Origin: Takakia lepidozioides
Lineage: Eukaryota; Plantae; Bryophyta
Assembly (NCBI GenBank): GCA_030704615.1
Contig: CM060733.1
Coordinates: 68,262,001-68,326,000 of the forward strand
Reading direction: 5' to 3'
Length of the DNA: 64,000 nucleotides
Shown piece after piece: positions 61,446 through 64,000 of this stretch; within the stretch, counting starts at the first letter, position 1, and each line of letters opens with the position of its first letter. The notes below the pieces were generated by a model. That model did not search any database, had not been told where the DNA came from, and was given only the letters and a program-made list of their open reading frames with translations. The position numbers and the translations under genes are program-made.

Positions 61446-61822
61446 GGTTCATCCTTTGAACCATTTTTGAATGACCTCATACTTGTTCGGTACATGTTTG
61501 ACGGCATGTACAATATACTGGCACAGTTTCAAAACAATCAAAAATTGCTAAATGAAGATACCATTGGTTCACCCATTGCAATATTTTAAATCGAACTCAT
61601 ACTTGTCCGGTACCTTTTAGAGGGCATGTACAATGCAATGGCAAAGTTTGAAAGCATTCAGAAATCGTCACATCAAGTAACCATTGGTTCCTCCTGTGAA
61701 CCATTTTTTATTGATCTCATACTTGTCCGGTCCATGTAAGAGGCATGCAGAACATATTGGCAAAATTTCAAATCATTCAATTTTTTTTTGATCAAGGAAC
61801 CTTTGGTTTATCCTTTTCACCA
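61446..61822. repeat. three ~120-bp tandem repeats
   Basis: CTCATACTTGT(T/C)CGGT and GGTT(C/T) recur at 120-bp spacing. Confidence 0.85.
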
Positions 61823-61924
61823 TTAACGATTAATCACAAATAAATGAACAGACGCATAAATCATTTGCCTCCAAATGATTTTGGTTTGCTTTGAGACTTG
61901 GCCGAAAAACCACAATTGAAATAA

Positions 61925-62270
61925 ATTTCGGCGCCGAAATTCATCCGTCGCGTGCAGAATGACTTTCATCACGATCATTTTCATCCGGATTTCGGTGCTG
62001 AAATCCATCCGTCGGGTGCATCATGAGTTTCATCACGAACATGTTCATCCGGATTTCGGCGTCGAAATCCATCCGTGGCGTGCACAATGAGTTTCACCAC
62101 CAACATGTTCAACCAAATTGCGGGGTAGAAAACCATCCCTCGCGTGCAGAATAAGATTAATGAGGAACATGTTTATCCTAATTTCGTTGCCGAAACTCAT
62201 CCGTCTCGTGGACCATGGGTTTCATCACCGACATCTTCATCCGAATTTTGGCGCCGAATGCAGGACTTCA
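61925..62270. repeat. ~62-bp tandem repeats with palindromic ATTTCGGCGCCGAAAT core
   Basis: Five to six degenerate units (CATCCG..ATTTCGG.G..GAAAT.CATCCGT). Confidence 0.8.
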
Positions 62271-62373
62271 CTGTGGAGCATAAAGAGAGTTCTTGTCCTC
62301 AACATGGACGCTCGTGTTTGGGTAAACGTGTACTTCCATCCTCATTCTCTGAAAGCTAAAATACCCTGCAACA

Positions 62374-63510
62374 ATGGATTTGCAATTGTCACTGAGCAGT
62401 ACTTGTGTGTCAAGTTCGGCCTCCGTCCGGGAACGGTGTTCTTGGAAGAGGAGACGAAGGATGCTTATGGGAATTTTTTGGAAAGTGCCGTCATTCTGCA
62501 TTGCAGATTTCGGCAACGGCAAAGAATGGCGGCTCCCAGCTTCTCAATCGAGACGGTACAGTGCAATTGGTGAAATCGTGCCTAAAGAGTTCATATGCTG
62601 GAACTTGGCTGAGTCTCCTTCCACAAGAGGGACTGGCGTGCAAGATGTGAAGTTTGCCGTGAGGGATGTGGGCACCTCCTCACAAGCAGAGAAGCCGAAA
62701 CATGTGAAAAGGGAAACCAAATCGGAAGAGGTGCCGCTCCATCGCTCGTCGGTGGGTGCACTTCGCAGGGAAACAGTCGTCCACAACTTATCCAGTGATG
62801 ATGAAGACTGTATGGTCCTTCCATCGTATGTGTCGAAGTCCTCCGTCACTAGGAGTGTGCAGATGTCGGCAGACAATGAGCACACACCCTTGGACTCAAC
62901 TTCTGTCCGCTCAGTAATTGACATATTGCGGAGAATGAAGACTGCGGGTTCCCGCTCCAGTGACCTTCTTATGCTTGATTACGACAAAACTCCAATCAAT
63001 TCTGTGGAGACTTTGCCTGAAGTTGTGGATAGGAATGCTATCTACGAGTTCCCTCTAGTGTCGCCTGGCGCAGGCCCCGACGGCATGCTGGCAGGAATGA
63101 ACAGGAAACATGACGGCCACCCATGGTGTGTCACCAAAATTTCCTCGTCCAATCTGGGTGATGGAGTTCGTGTGAGATATGTCTTATGTGTTGGACATCT
63201 GAAATGTTTCTCGAGCACATGTTACCACTACACGAGCAAAGGCACCCGGAATGAGACAGACTGGATTGACAATTCGTCGACCCCATTTTGGCCTCAAGGT
63301 AGAGTTCCTCCAGGAACGTTCAAGTGTGCCCATTGCAACGTAGCCCCAACGTGTATATCCGTGTGCAATGCCAAACAGTATTACGTCGGGACCGTCGGCC
63401 CAGCGTGCACCAGAGCATGCATTCACATCGGAAAGCATGACCACCCCGTCGCTAGAAGCAATTCCAGAATCGCTTTTCAACAGGCCCACGATATTATCAA
63501 AGAGGAGGTG
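62374..63510 (+). mobile_element. probable MULE-like transposase N-terminus with GCM/WRKY-type Zn domain, interrupted by an LTR
   Basis: DGHPW..C.GHLKC...C..CAHC..C..C..R.CIH.G.HDHP at 63112-63447. Confidence 0.6.
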
Positions 63511-64000
63511 TGTCACGCCCCTTTGCCTTGAGGGCGGGGGGTTGAGACACAAGAGGGGCTGCCCCTGTGGTGGGGGCAGTGGCAGCAAATTGGAAAGGGG
63601 GTTGAAGCACCCTTGAGTGCCGAAGGCACTCAAGGAGGCGGTGGCGCTCACTAGGTAGAGCCCCACAAACCGGGTAGCGGTGGTGGGGGCTCCACGAGGG
63701 ATGGTGGTAGCGTAGGGAGTCGTAGTGGGGGTGGCATAGGACTCCCCATGAGGCTGAGGCCTTGTGATGGGAGTCGTGGGGAGTCTTGGGACTCACCACG
63801 GTCCATTGGGGCCGTGGTGGGTGGGCCAAGACTCACCGCGGCTCACCACAGGGACGATCGAGGGTCTGAGTGGTGGTGCACCAGATTTGGACTTGGCTAC
63901 TTGTGGAACCCCCAAGGACACCTACAGAAGTATATATAGGGAGTCATAACCCCGAGAACGGTGCAAGCCCGTTGGTGACCGAAAACTAGTGAGTAAGTGT
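63511..64000 (+). repeat. LTR (subfamily B), runs off the window end
   Basis: TGTCAC start, with the central block shared with 43847-44558. Confidence 0.93.

Noticed and set aside
44559-63510. LTRs at 43847 and 63511 as two ends of one element
   Set aside because: The flanks differ (TCATC vs AGGTG), and the geometry gives no matching TSD.

Overview
Eukaryotic nuclear DNA from a land plant. A non-seed plant (bryophyte, lycophyte or fern) is likely, judging from the PLS-type PPR fragments and the transposon families; that assignment is inference. I can support only two intact host genes: a two-RRM UBA2c-like RNA-binding protein gene (minus, 788-2621) and the 9-exon GCR1 G-protein-coupled-receptor-like gene (plus, 20541-26763). 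The rest is nested transposon debris: piggyBac-like, CACTA, two hAT, MULE-like (GCM-type domain), an L1 LINE lacking its RT, an RLE-type LINE, tRNA-derived SINEs, a ~3.9-kb putative solo LTR and chromovirus Ty3/Gypsy copies. There are also repeated mosaics of captured gene fragments (PPR, DPB4/NF-YB). Four observations stand out. (1) One Ty3/Gypsy insertion appears split into two oppositely oriented halves that share the TSD ATAGT, implying an ~11.4-kb inversion. (2) A hAT transposase is followed by a long NLS/coiled-coil/RING-H2 ORF, and each ORF is preceded by arrays of one 28-bp palindrome. (3) A piggyBac transposase remnant is present in a land plant. (4) A gene-fragment mosaic recurs in several places. 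All calls were made by eye, and repeat boundaries are approximate.
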